DNA from: Macrostomum lignano
Taxonomy: Eukaryota
DNA: 64,000 nt
Assembly (NCBI GenBank): GCA_002269645.1
Contig: NIVC01000245.1
Location: 558,001-622,000, forward strand
Direction of reading: 5' to 3'
Both the position numbers and the translations under genes were made by a program. How positions within the stretch are numbered: position 1 is the first letter of the stretch; each line of letters opens with the position of its first letter. Below the pieces are notes generated by a model, which was not told the origin of the DNA, did not search any database, and saw nothing but the letters and a program-made list of their open reading frames with translations. Below, piece by piece: positions 11,351 to 24,110 of the stretch.

Positions 11351-14300
11351 TTTTGTGGTTTTTTTGTGGTGTAGACCTCTCCATGCTAAGCTCAATTCAA
11401 CAAACTTAGCAGGAAAATAAACTGAAAGGCATCATTAAACTTACGCAGACATGGAAACACTCAGCACATGAGTAGAACAACTAATTGTTCAGTTTTATAT
11501 TAAAAAGCAAATATGTTTGCTGATTCGGTATCACTAACAATAAGTGACTTCAATTTATCTGAAAGAAACAAAAATTGCATGTAATAAAGATATATGGATT
11601 AATGATATATTAGTAGAATGCACTATATTCAATCATCATATACACCTACTATATTAGAGCCCTATTGCAACCAAAGGTTATTTTTGTAATGTTAGAAAGT
11701 CTAATAAATTTCAAAAAATTTTTGGCAAATTGGCATATAAAGACTTAAGTGCTTATAGCAAAGAGAAGAATGGCATTTTTTAATACAAGTCAACCTTGAA
11801 TTGATGCAACAATATGATGTTAGAACATAGGCTATTGCTAGTTCTAGGCACATAGTGACCCAATTTTGTAAAAAAGCATATTCCTAAATCCTAATTATGG
11901 ATTGCTTGTTAGCACCCAGACTCATAAAACTCTATTTGGAGTTCTATTAAAAATATAATGGTATTACCTTAGTGCGTCCAAAAAGTTCTTGGACACCCTT
12001 TATATCTCTGTATCTAATTCAATCAATTCTGATAAAATTTTATACAAACATGCATACATGCCCAAACCCCACACTCAGGAAGGTGTACATTATGACAGAA
12101 AATTCCGGCGCACATCAACAAAAATTGGCTTAAAGTGGCCCACATGGCGCACAACAAATTAAGGATTAGCATAAATTTTAAGTGCACAGTGGCACATAGC
12201 AAAAGCTGATCAGAAAAATTTAGCTTACTGGTACAATGAGTCACCTAAATGTATAATCTGCATATGTAGTACGTAAAATAAGCTTTTATATTGTTTTTTT
12301 CCAATCATATCAATTAAAAAATTGTTTCTTGGTAAGTGAAACAAATAGTAAAATTCAAAATAGAATTTTACCATAAAGTTTAAGCTAATTCTTTTGACAA
12401 TTTTCTATGTGAACTAAAATAAAGCACAAAGTTTTGAGTTGAAAAAAGGGTATTAAAATTAATCTGTTTTTTTACTTTTGTTTTAATTGGACTTCTACTG
12501 AGTTTTTTATTGCTATGGCACATTAGTACTCTAGCTATGTATTTGTCAATAAACGAATATAGGCCTTAGTGCATAAATTCATATTTAGCTTTGCACACAG
12601 CGCATACTCCAAAAATATGTTGAAATATATTCCCCCACACATGTGACACCTTCCTGAGTATGGCCCAAACCCCCTAATTTACACTCTGGCCATGCAATTT
12701 AAATAAGTAAAATTTTTGACCAAAAATGCAACTTACCTAAGAAAAGACCCTAAAGCAAAAATTAATACAATCTAGGGTAAAGAGAAAGAATAACTATGAT
12801 TGTCTTATCAAGGCTAAACAACTTATCATCTAATAAGTACTATGTCTATATTTTTTAAGTGGGCACTTCTGCAACTTGCCCCTAGGCCTAGTCTACCATA
12901 ATTTACAGTGGGTAGATTGGCCAGGTTGGCTAACAGTTAGGCAGGTATAAAAACATGGAGCTATATTTATTGAATTCAATGCTAAAGTTTCTGCTCAATT
13001 GGGTTAATAGAGCAAAAGCAATCAATCATTTACTAATAAACCTATGAGATTAGGAATATGATTTATGAAAAAAGTATTGAATCCAATGGTAAATAGTGAA
13101 ATTGCAGCTGGTTTTCTGAAGAATCAATCAGCAAAATATTGCTACTTTTGCTAAGTACTGATTAATCATTACTTGCAAGCTACAAAAGTTGTTAGTTGTT
13201 AGCATGGGTGGCAGGACTTGCAGCATTGGGGGCACAGCCCCCCTCCTAGAAACTGAGTCTATATGGTAATTTTTAGTGTTTTATCTGATTTTAACCAATT
13301 AGGCCCTCATTAATAGCTTATAAAGGACCTTGTGGGCTGTGCCTGCCTTGCCCTGTGCCTGGTTCCTCCCCCCCCCTAAAATATTAGGCTCTGCTGCCCC
13401 TGGTTGTTAGTTGCCAGTTGCCACAGCCATAGGAAAGTAAAAAAATATTAGCGCAACACTAAAGATTTAGCATAGCATAAAATAATTTGTTTCAAAATTA
13501 AATAAGTAACTATTTAAAGTAACCTGGTTAATAAATAATACTAAATCAAGTCTTAGAAAACCAGTAATTGAAGAAGTCTTCAGAAATTGTAGGCCTACTA
13601 TGCTGAACTATAAAATTGCACCCTGAAATTGGATATAATTATTTTAATTTATAGACTCCTAACATATATAGTCTCTAGTCTAGTAAAAAAACTGCAGCAA
13701 TAGCCTCTCTGCTCTCCGCTGAAACTACCACTTGCCAATGTCATTGTCAATAATTCAAACTAGTCATTTACCTTCTAATGTTGACTCAAGTCAATTAGGC
13801 CCTAACATTTAAAAAGATTTATAACTGTATTGTTAACAATAATAGGCCTAGGGACCAAGCTATTCTCAACTGTAACAAAACAGAAAGTATAGTTAGTAAG
13901 CTTGATTACACTATCATAACGGTAACCATGTATGATTACAGTAATAGTTACACTACACTAGTTATAGTACTGTCTGTCGCATGATTCATAATTTATTTGT
14001 AAATAAGATTTCCTATCCCTGCATTTCGCATAATAGTTTTATATTTTTTAACTATTAGACTCTATTCTATTCGCAGTTTTGGATAAGCCGCTAACTCCGC
14101 ATGGATTCTGATTTCTTTAAGAGGAAATCAACTTGCCTGCAACTCATGACATCGACATGACAAATGTCAAATCAAATCAGAAAGATTTTTCGAAAACTTC
14201 TTTGAAAATTCCGAATTGAAATAAGCGCAGATGTCAGATACCTGGACTGATCATTTAACTCGTAAGGCAGATAAACAAATGTTAAGTAAAATGTACATGT

Positions 14301-15345
14301 ATGCGCTTATCCATTAGTCTGGCTTGTAGGAGCCTAGTCTATATCCATGATTTTCCTAACATCGCTCGCGCATATTTGTATGTGAAGCATGTAGTGAGTC
14401 TCATTTTGTTTGATAAAATTCTTACTTCGATAGAGATAGAATTCTAGCTAGGCTCGTTCCGTTGAGGTAGCTGAATGAACTTTGAGTACAGTAGCACTCT
14501 ACATGTATATATATTTTTATCATCGTCAAACGTTTGAACGCGCTTTTAAATGAACTCTTGAATAAGTCTATTTTAGCTGCTTTATGAATACTTGATTTGG
14601 CCATACGCTTTGTCTAGTGAATGACAAGCCCTTTGTGCTGCAGCGTGCACATTTATTAGGCCAACAGGTGGCAATCGTTTCTTAAATCTTGACAGTGGCC
14701 ATCTGTAATTTATGCATAGTCAGTCTACAGAGCAGATAACAGAAGTTTTACTCTAATATTTCTCGATTTTTTATTGAACAAAACGCTAAATCCTATTAAA
14801 TTAGTAGATGCCTATTATCTATTGAAGAAAAATGTATTCATAATTAAAGATAAAAAAATTCTAAAAGTTATGTTACTGTGCATGAAAACATTTATGAAAA
14901 ATTTATTACTCTTAACTTCGATTTAGCACTGGCTTTTTCATGCATTTGGCATACATGGGTAAGTTAGTGAACATTAAGCTAGACGACGTTACATTATCAG
15001 TTGTTAAACAGATGAAAAACTTACTTCTAAAGTCGAATGAAATAAAAAATGCTAGAAAAATGAACCGGATAAAATAAATAAGCAATTTTGACCTTAAACT
15101 CACAGCCAATAACAGATGTCTAGTGTGAACTACTCGTATATCTCTGATTTATGATAGCTAAAAGCAAGACAGAAATAAAATAGAAATAGAAAATGGTGGA
15201 ATTGTAAAGCACTAAAATAAATAGGCAAGGGGAATTTTCTTGCAAAATATGTCTACAACAGATACGAATTTTTAGAACTCTTACTCCTTCGATGATATTA
15301 ATTAATCCTAAAATAAAGTCTTCATCCACTCTGACCAATAAGAAA

Positions 15346-15800
15346 AGTTCACAGATCTCTAACCCTCCTGACCAATCAGGGCCTTTTGCAGATCTCTATC
15401 CCTCCTGACCAATCAGACCATTTTGCAGATTTCTATCCTTCCTGACCAATCAGACTATTTTGCAGATCTCTAACCCTCCTGACCAATCAGGGCATTTTGC
15501 AGATCTCTATCCCTCCTGACTAATCAGACCATTTTGCAGATCTCTATTCGTCCTGACCAATCAGACTATTTTGCAGATCTCTAACCCTCCTGACCAATCA
15601 GACAAATTTTGCAGATCTCTAACCCTCCTGACCAATCAGAGCGTTTTGCAAATCTCTAACCCTCCTGACCAATCAGGGCGTTTTGCAGATCTCTATCCCT
15701 CCTGACCAATCGGTGTCGACCATTTTGCAGATCTCTATCCCTCCTGACCAATCAGGGTCGACCATTTTGCATATCTATATCTCTCCTGAGTCCTGACCAA
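15346..15800. repeat. 37 bp tandem repeat, ~12 copies, each with GACCAATCAG
   Basis: CCAATCAG at 15372, 15409, 15446, 15483 and onward (period 37); begins ~20 bp past the MGAT1 stop codon. Confidence 0.95.
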
Positions 15801-15820
15801 TCCGAGCATTGCTTTCCCAG

Positions 15821-18800
15821 CTAGTTATTCCAGGCAGTGACGTAACCATTCCAAGGCAGCTTGGGCGCCAGAAAGATTCTCCTGCCAGCCTGGAACACGG
15901 ACACCACGCCCTGGTAGCCACACCGCGGCACGCCCTGCTTGAAGTCTGACATGGAGCCAAGCAGCTTAGCGGCGGCAACAAACTGATCGCGGCTGGAGTA
16001 TTCGATACGAACAGCAGGCCGGTCCAGCAAACCGATTGTAAAATTGCGGTTGTTCAGCTGCGACGAAGTAGGCAAAGGCATGACCAGTGCCTCAGCTGGA
16101 CTGGCGGCTAGCGGCAGCCTGCGAAGTATAGGTTGACTGCGTTGTAAATACCTGATAGTCATAGATACTAAATAATAACTAATAATAATATTTACAGGAT
16201 AGCCTGAGCCTGATGACAGGATGAGCCATTCCTGAGCTCTGTCTGTCTGTTTATCTATCGTTATTTCAATCTACCGATGAATCCATAAATCTGTTTATCC
16301 ACCTAAAAGCTGCAAGCCCCGAACAGAGCTCACCCATATACCAGTGCAGAAAACTGAGCATCATAAGCCTGGCGAGTCAGATGGTCAAGGCCCATCAGGT
16401 CATAGCGAACATCGCTGCTGGAATTGTGCAGCACAATGTGCCGGAGAAATCGATCAAAATGCTGGCCGTGACTAACGCCAATCCGACCGAAAGTGTAACT
16501 GCGCGACACCTCCGGTCGGATGCAGGCGCGACCGCGTCGAATCGCGGGCTTCCTCAGATGATCATCCCAATAAGCGGCTGGCCACTGCCGCCTCAGCTCC
16601 AGCCACAGACTGCGCAGAAGCATCCAGCCCAGGCCTGGGAAAAACTCAGTCCTATGAAACAGGTCGGGTCTGTTGGCATCAATTAGACTGGCTTTGCCAT
16701 TATCGTTCCAGGCTGATATGCACCACACGCTCGGGTCACGGATTAGAAGAGGACTTAAATGCCGGAAGTAGGCGTAAAAGTCTGGCGCAATATCTAAATC
16801 GTCTTCAACCACTATGGCGGCTGTGTAGTTCAGATGCAAGAACACCTGCGGCGTTAACAAAGGCAATAATCAAGACTAGTTGGTTATGCAAAGGGCATAA
16901 AAACAAATTGAAAGCCTTGAATTCCCTGGCCTTATTGAAAACAATACTTAGGCCAAGAAGCGTCCCAGAGTAACTTACATCACTCTGATGTGACGGGGGC
17001 CGTAGCCCAGCGGTCTAGCGCAGGCTCTGGTGTGCCAGCGACCCAGGCTCGATTCCAAGTACAGTCAAATTAATTTGGGGCTGAATTGGAATCTCGGCTT
17101 GGCTCTGCTCGTGCAATTAACGGCCTTGAGAGCCAACCCCCCAAGGTGCAGTGAAGTGTACATGCCTAACGATAATATAAAGTTAGGGCCGCTGTACACT
17201 CCTGTGTGAGTGTGTGCCTGCGTACGTATCCGCGCGCTTGTATGCCTGCTCAGGGGAGTCGGCAGAATGGGCAGCAATGCCTCTCGCCGGTTGTGTGCCT
17301 ATGTCGCTTAAAGTGCGCCAGGGTGCACACAGTACCCCTGCCTCTAATAAAAAAAAATAAAAAAAAATAAAAAAATAATAATCAACACAGAGTCGTTTTA
17401 GAGTTGGTGCAGGTAACACAGGTAAAATAAGAAAGAAGTGACTTTAGTGACTTTAAGATGACTCTAAAACGACAAGATGTCATGGTAAAGTCGTCAAAAA
17501 ATCGCCCAAGAGTCAATTTAGTGTATTTATATTGCCTGCGACTCTGAAACGACTCTGGGCGACGCAAGTGACTCTGTAACGCTTCTATAATGACTATGGA
17601 GCTGTAGAGTCGTGTCTGAGACATGCTAGAGTTACTGTAGAATCAATGAGTTTCGTCTAAAGTGCATCTGCCCCATTTGATGAAAAAAATCCTATTTCAA
17701 ATTTATACAATTATACATAGTCTACTTGTTAAGTGAGTAGAAAGTTAGGTGCTAACACAACGACTCTTCTAGGATTCTGCTGCGGGATGCGTTCGTGACT
17801 CACCAGTCGCCTCTCCATCGCATTACAGTAGTTTTGAGTCGTTAAAAAGTCGCTATAGTCGCTACAGTCACTATGAGTTGCTTACAATGATTCTTTAGGG
17901 ATTCTTGTCATGGTAACGGAGTCTTGACCTCTCGGTTTAGGCTACTGGTTATTCCTCAACTTGGAACAGACGGCAAGTACTGTGTGACGTGAATATCGGT
18001 TATTTGTGTATCTGACTTTAACCCGACTTAGTGAACTACTGGTTTGATTGATAGGTTGCTTGATATTCCCTAATCCTACTAGTTGACGATTTAAAGAGTT
18101 AAGACAGGAAACCAAAGATTTATTCAACGAAAAATGAATAAATAAGCATGCAATTTGGTGTTACAAATATTATTCCTTAATTTCGTGCAATATCATGTAG
18201 GCATTGACTACCTTTTAGTGAGTGCACTGTTACTGACAGACCACCGGTAGCAGTTCTTACATATTCCTATCCCTTATTACCCTTTTGATTCTTATAAGTT
18301 ACAATTGGCTCTGGGCTGCCTGACAAGCTAAAAGTAACAGTAACAGTAATAAGTATTCGGCGCCTCAGCCATTGAATAGGCTCTTACGCCACTAGATATA
18401 AATTGATTCCAGGTTGGGAGTGTACTTATGTACATTGAGACCTAATTGGAGCTAAGAGGACTGTACAAAGGGCAATTGACAAATCAAAAACCTCCCCGGG
18501 GGACAGTGACAGCGGAACGACATACCCGTCAGGAAGCCCGTGCCCAAAATCCAGGTTAGAGAGACCCCCTGCCTATTAGGGTTGGCCCGAAGGCCTAGAG
18601 CCGTGGCTACCATGCTGGGGCCGACCACCCACCATCCCCGGGTACACAAGCCAACGTACATAAACCTCCCCGAGGCTAGAGGGGGTTGAGTGAACCATTC
18701 AGGGAAGCCCGTGCCTTCTCCAGGGTTAGAAATGCCAAAAAACCGGTGTATGACCGCCCCCACGGCCGTGGCTACCCCGAGGAGCCTCCCCCCCCCCCAA

Positions 18801-20116
18801 CTAAACCCCGGGTACTCTTGCCAGACAGTCTCTTATCTTTGAAGCGGCAGGAGGGCTAATCGCCGGGACTATTTCACCCTTTGCTTCGCCAACCCGCCAT
18901 TTCTATAGTGACCGTGCCAACGGTCTCGTCCTGCTCAGACTCAGTCCTGGTTCTGGCACACTCCAGCTTTAATAGGGTCGCTGGCTGTTCGCTCAGAGGG
19001 CACTTGAGGGAGACCGTCAAAGCACCAACTGGAACAGGTATAGGCCTGCCTTCCTATACAGCTACCCACAGCCCTTCCCGATCCACTATTACCCTCCAAC
19101 CCAGCCTACTCACTCATTACAAGCTTTCAGCCAGGCAGAGACAAGTTTCACAGGAGTGCTGCGGTTAGGCGCCTCTATGCGAGACAAAGCCTGACAAGCT
19201 AAAAGCCTAAAAACTCTCGATACTTATAAGGAACTCCCAAACTCTCGATCTATCTCCACCATAATTATTTCCCAAGATAACACTATTGATAGTAGCGCAA
19301 AAGCATATGTGCCTATATGTGCCCTAGTAACGGTTTCAGCTAATTGGGGGGGGGGTTGTCATGCAATTCCTGCCAATGAGAGCCAATCCATAATTCACTT
19401 TTTAAATCACCTGATCAAGCGCCCATTTGAAATGCCTGGAAATTTTATAATAGCCAATCAAATGCCGCTCTCTTAACGCCGTTTTAATCCGTTTCCGATC
19501 TGGCTGTCGAAGCACTCCGGCTAGTTGAGAGGAAAATCGTGACACAACAGACTCCGTAGCAGAGTGGGCGCAGTCAATGGAAACTATAATGGGATAATTA
19601 GATTCCCAGCCTGATGGCCGATGCTCAAGCAGTTTGGAGAGGCTGCGCTGAACTGCAGCTGGCCGATTGCAGGCTAGCAACAGCACAGCAACGGATTCGG
19701 GACTGCCAGTCTGCTGATTAGACCTGGGGTATAGGTTAGTGGAGGGCGCAACTGTCAAAGCGATAAATTGTACCTCATATTTATATAAGTTTTCTATACT
19801 AAATTATTATTAATAAATACATCCTGCTAAATAAAAGTACGAGTAGTAGTTAAACTTTTGAATAAAACAAGTTCTAATTTAAAGGTGAAGCTATTGAAAT
19901 TATAAACAATTTAATTACTTACTTGAAACTAATATTCTGTTCAGGCAGAGCTGGTACAGGTATTAAAGTACCCTGGATATCCAATGCATTTCTTTGTAGA
20001 GCGGAATGATTCAAAAGTATTAGCCAAATAGCTAACACGAACCAGACTGCTAGACCAATGCTGAAAATCCATCGCCATGGTAATCTTCTAACATAGATGA
20101 TGATTTGTTTCATCAT
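15821..20116 (-). CDS. MGAT1: Alpha-1,3-mannosyl-glycoprotein 2-beta-N-acetylglucosaminyltransferase (GnT-I, GT13); exons 20116-19923, 19723-19411, 16845-16334, 16151-15821
   Basis: Type II N-terminal TM, VLLLACNRP, YYKISRHFKWAL, VVEDDLDIAPDF (EDD), WCISAWNDNG, FFPGLGWML, WDD, RACIRPEVSRS, GVSHGQ, GVPRCGYQG. Junction phases 2, 0, 2 are consistent; CTAAC branch point before exon 2. Confidence 0.95.
16995..17381 (+). mobile_element. tRNA-derived SINE family A, full copy in MGAT1 intron
   Basis: A-box TAGCCCAGCGG, B-box-like GGCTCGATTCC, A-rich tail (AATAAAAAAAA repeats); homologous copies at 29353-29700 and 37606-37853. Confidence 0.8.
17388..17920. repeat. Dispersed GAGTC/GACTC-rich repeat family, copy 3 (longest)
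   Basis: Colinear blocks shared with copies at 4051 and 7968. Confidence 0.7.
18318..19205 (-). mobile_element. GC-rich insertion flanked by a 17 bp direct repeat; probable 5'-truncated non-LTR retroelement remnant
   Basis: GCCTGACAAGCTAAAAG at 18318-18334 and 19189-19205; minus-strand end carries a short (TTACTG)n-like tail. No protein motif recognised. Confidence 0.45.
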
Positions 20117-21217
20117 ACAAAATTAATTTCATTGATAAATTTCCCAAATTCTTGACATCATAAATTTTTTTAAAATTGGGAAAAGGGTTATTAGTAAGAA
20201 CCAGATAAATTATATTTCATATTGATAAACCAATAGAAAAATATAGCATAGACCTTTATATTTTATAGGCTGATGTAACCGCCCTTGTCGCCTGTCCGCT
20301 CCGTAGAGAGACGAACGCATGACTAGAGGGGGCAATGACCGTAGGCTGCCTATGACCGGGCAATGACCTGACGGACCTCCAGCACCAGACTGTCCCGCCC
20401 ACATGATTAGTAGCTTTGGTAGCGCTTCGTGACCAGAGGGCCAAGGACCCACATGGACCCCACCTGTAGCCAAGGTGCAATAGTTGGTCACTCGGTCATA
20501 GTATGACCGAGTGGCTGCCACCACTCTATGTGACCTGGCGCACCTGGATCTTTCTACCAGACCTCTCGAGGCTAGAGCCCCGCCTGGATTGGTTACCAGG
20601 GGATTTAGGCTAACAGGGGAGACGCATGCAGCCGAGTACAGGGACTCTGCTTGGGGCATGATCGGGAACTCTGGGCTCAATCCTGGAGGATTTCTCAGCA
20701 GGGGATCCTTTGTGGCTGTGAGCGAGGCTGACTTGCGACTTTGATTACTAAGAGTAGTATGAGGCGAACATGTACTGTCTACAGTTTAGATTGCTCAGGG
20801 CGAAGGGACGCGTTAGCATGGGGTTGCAACCTTCCTACTGCCATGCTGTGCCAAGACTCGCTAATCCCTCTACTGCACGCACACGCGGCCCCGCAGCACG
20901 CACTCACAGGCGGGCTTTGCACGGGGAGAGGCCATTAGCTTACCCAAACTTCCTTATGCTTTGCCACCCCGGGAGAAAGGCTTAGCAAGCCATGAGTGAA
21001 ATGATGGTGAAAGATTGAATAATGATGAAGTTAGTTAATAGTTAATAATTAGGCCCTTAGGCAAATAAGCAGGCAATTAGGCAGCTTCACTATTGAGTAA
21101 AATACAGCAAAAGATACGGTATCACAATTGGCTCAGCTCTCTAATCAGACAATGGAAAATAGGCAAACCCCGGATAAGCAAAGGCAATTAGAGCACAAAT
21201 TAGTAGCAGGAACTTAC

Positions 21218-21640
21218 CGGCAGCTGCACAGAGAGAGAGAGAGGCGGAGTGACCGAGGGCGGCTGTAGGCTGCAGTCAGGCAGACGGTGAAGCGGCGATG
21301 CGCTGGAGCGACGAGGCGCTGATGTAGATCAGGCGATGCTGATGATGCTGGGCGGTATCAGACCGCTGGTCGATAGGCGAGCTCACTTGGGGAGCTAAGG
21401 ATAACTTGGCGGTATCAGACCGCGGACCGGCAGGGATTCGTCTTATAGACGAATGGGTCAGAACTCAATCTGACAGCAAGTCCAAAGAAGGACGAGGAGA
21501 GGAACAGAGATAAACTCAGTTGAGTATTCTCATGCCGAAATCGCTTCCTTTTATAGACCTCACAGCCGCCTCCTCAAGGTCGTTACCATGGCTCCCTCTC
21601 TCTGATTGGCTGCCGGCAGAATGACGTCAGAATGAGTCAT
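21218..21640 (-). promoter_or_regulatory. Pol II core promoter plus non-coding first exon (candidate MGAT1 5' end or element-borne promoter)
   Basis: Minus strand: TATAAAA 21555-21549, GCCAATCAG around 21609-21605 (~50 bp upstream of TATA), CRE TGACGTCA 21622-21629, AP-1 TGAGTCA 21633-21639, and donor CCG|GTAAGT at 21218/21217. Confidence 0.55.
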
Positions 21641-22899
21641 GATGAGAAGCATGAGACCGGCATAGCAACATGAGAAATCGGGAAATTGCGCAATCCGGAG
21701 GTGGGGTGGGGGGATAATTGGCGCAGCGGGTGGTCGCGAAAGTGTTGCGCAAGCAAACATTGAGAACAATAGGGCTGGGGTCGAGAACAAAGGAATTGGA
21801 AATAGGGGATAATTGGGGAAAACTGAGAACAATGGAAAAGTAAACATTGGAGAAAAGGTGATAATTAGGTGCGAAAACGAGAACAAAAGAAAGAGAAAAT
21901 CGGAGAAAATGTGATAATTGGTGGGGGTCGAGAGAACAAAAGAAGCAAAAACGAGAACAATAGAAGCGGAGGTGGGGTGGGTGTCACATGAGAAATTTGG
22001 GAAGGAGAACAATAGCGTGAGAAAAGGTTGCGCAAGAGAGGGGGATGAGTCATCGATGAGTCACCGAGGGGGAGAAGGGGTCACACGACTTGCGTCACCG
22101 TTTGGGAGTTTGAGAGGGGATGGGGAGACGGTGAGCACACAAAGTACTGTAAGTAGACACAGGGAAAGAGGGGACAGCGCAGGAAAAGAGTGCAGAGGGA
22201 GACAAAAAAAGGAGGAGGTAGAGAAAGTACAGGAAGAATGGGGCGGGAACAGAAGAGATAGGGTAGAGGGGGAGGTACAGAAAGGGGTAGGGGCTCCGGA
22301 AAGGCAGGTGTGGCGGCAGGAGAGACGGGACCAAGGCAGCAGGAGGGGTGCAGCAGAGCGGGAGTCTCCAGGCCCGGTCGGAGACCTGGCCGAGTCTCGA
22401 CAGCTCTGTGCAGAGGGTGCACGGGATAGGAGGCACTTTCGAAAAAGTTCCCATGCCCTATCCCGCGACCAGAGCGTGGTTACATCAAGGCCTAGTAATA
22501 GAATGATTTTGGCATATTTTTGAGCAAAATTCTTAATTGTAGCCATACCTCATAAAAATTTTTATGGTCTATACTATGCTGTCTATAGGCTTTAGACTAA
22601 AAGTCAGGTTTAAGAATAGGTCTCTAACAACAGTACTTTGGGTCAATGTATTTACATTTCTTCATATTTGAAATAATGCACTAAAAGTAACTTTTGGGAT
22701 ATTTACAAGCACATCTCTTTCCTATTTCCTTGCATATATATACAAGGCCAACTCCTCCATTGGAGGAGAAAGGAGATAGAACTCCCATCGCCAGAATTAC
22801 ATTCCCTGAAATCCATCAGCTGAATCCCATGACCCAAATCTCATCTTTCAAATTCTGTATAAAACATCTCAAATACCATCTTTCTACTGCCATTATTCA

Positions 22900-24110
22900 G
22901 ACTGAGACTCTCCTCTTTGGTCTCTTATCTCTAATCTCTCCTCTCTGCTCTCATCTCTTATCTATTTTCTCTATCACTTCTCTCTGTGCTCTCATATCTA
23001 CTCTCTTCTAAGTTCTTTTTCCTCTCTACTCTCTCATCTCTCCTCCCTACTCTTTCATCTCCTCTCTCTCCCCTCATTTCTTCTCTCTCGTCTTTGGTCT
23101 CTACTCTTTTCTGTCTTCTCTCTTATCTCTTCTCTCTTTCTCTCCCCTTTCTTACCCCCTCTCTCCTCTCTCCTATCTCATCTCTCCCCTTTTCTTTTCT
23201 CTTTCCTACTTTGGCTCCTCTCCTCTCTTCTATCTTATCTCTCCTCTCTCTTTTTGTCTCTTCCGCTCCTCCACTCATGTTCTCTTTTATCTCTCCTCTC
23301 TCCTTTCTCCTTTTCTCGCTTATCCCCCCTCTCCTCTATCCCATCTTATCTCTCCCCTTTTCTCTTTCCTCTTTTCTCTTCTCTCCTCTCTCCCCTATTC
23401 TCTCCCCTCTCTCCTATTCTTTCCTCTCTTCTCTCGTATCTCTCCTCTGTCCTCTCATCTCTCTCATCTTTCATCTCTACTCTCTTATCTTTTCTCTCTC
23501 GTCTTTCGGCTCTACCTCAATCGTCTCTCCTCTTCTCTCTTCTCCCCTCTCTTCTCTCCTTTCCTCTCTCCTCTCTTATCCCCTTTCATCTCTCCTATCT
23601 CATCTCTCTCCTTTTCTGTTTCGTATTTTCTCCCCTCTCCTCTCTCGCCTCTCCTCTATCTTATCTCTCCTCTGCTCTATTTTCTCTTCTCATATATCTC
23701 CTCTCTCCCTTTTCCTCTTGCTTCTCTCTCTTCCTCGTTTATCCTCTCTTCTCTTCTCTCTCATCTCTCCTTTTATCTCTTTCTCTCCTCCACTCTCGTT
23801 CTCTATTATCTCTATTTTTCTCTCTCATCTCTATTCTCTTATCTATTCTCTCATCTACCCTGTCCTCTCTATCTTTTTTTTCTCTCGTCTCTGCTCCAAT
23901 GTATCATAACTATATTCTCTCTACCCTTTATTTTTTCATCACTCATCTTTCTTCTCTTCTTTCTTCTTTTTCTCTCTCTCTTCATTCTCGTCTCATTCCC
24001 CTCTTCTCTCCCCTCTGTAAACTCTTTTCTCTCCTCTCTTCTCTCTACTTCTATCATCTCCCCTCTCTTTTCCCTTTCTTTTTTATCTACTTCTACTCTC
24101 TTATCTGACT
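22900..24110. repeat. ~1.2 kb polypyrimidine (CT-rich) low-complexity tract
   Basis: Plus strand almost entirely C/T; the L/S/F/P-rich ORFs here are artefacts. Confidence 0.95.

Noticed and set aside
14661-14673. CTCF-like motif CCAACAGGTGGCA
   Set aside because: Single imperfect match; expected by chance, and host CTCF status is unknown.
15346-15800. CRISPR-like appearance of this and other regular arrays
   Set aside because: Units are head-to-tail with no unique spacers, no cas genes, and the context is eukaryotic.
20210-20990. Tyrosine-recombinase (DIRS)-like words CPV and SH..RSGQAT
   Set aside because: They lie in different frames with wrong spacing, and no RT or other YR motifs are nearby.
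22986-24108. 307 aa and 284 aa hydrophobic ORFs
   Set aside because: Artefacts of the CT-rich tract, which lacks stop codons.
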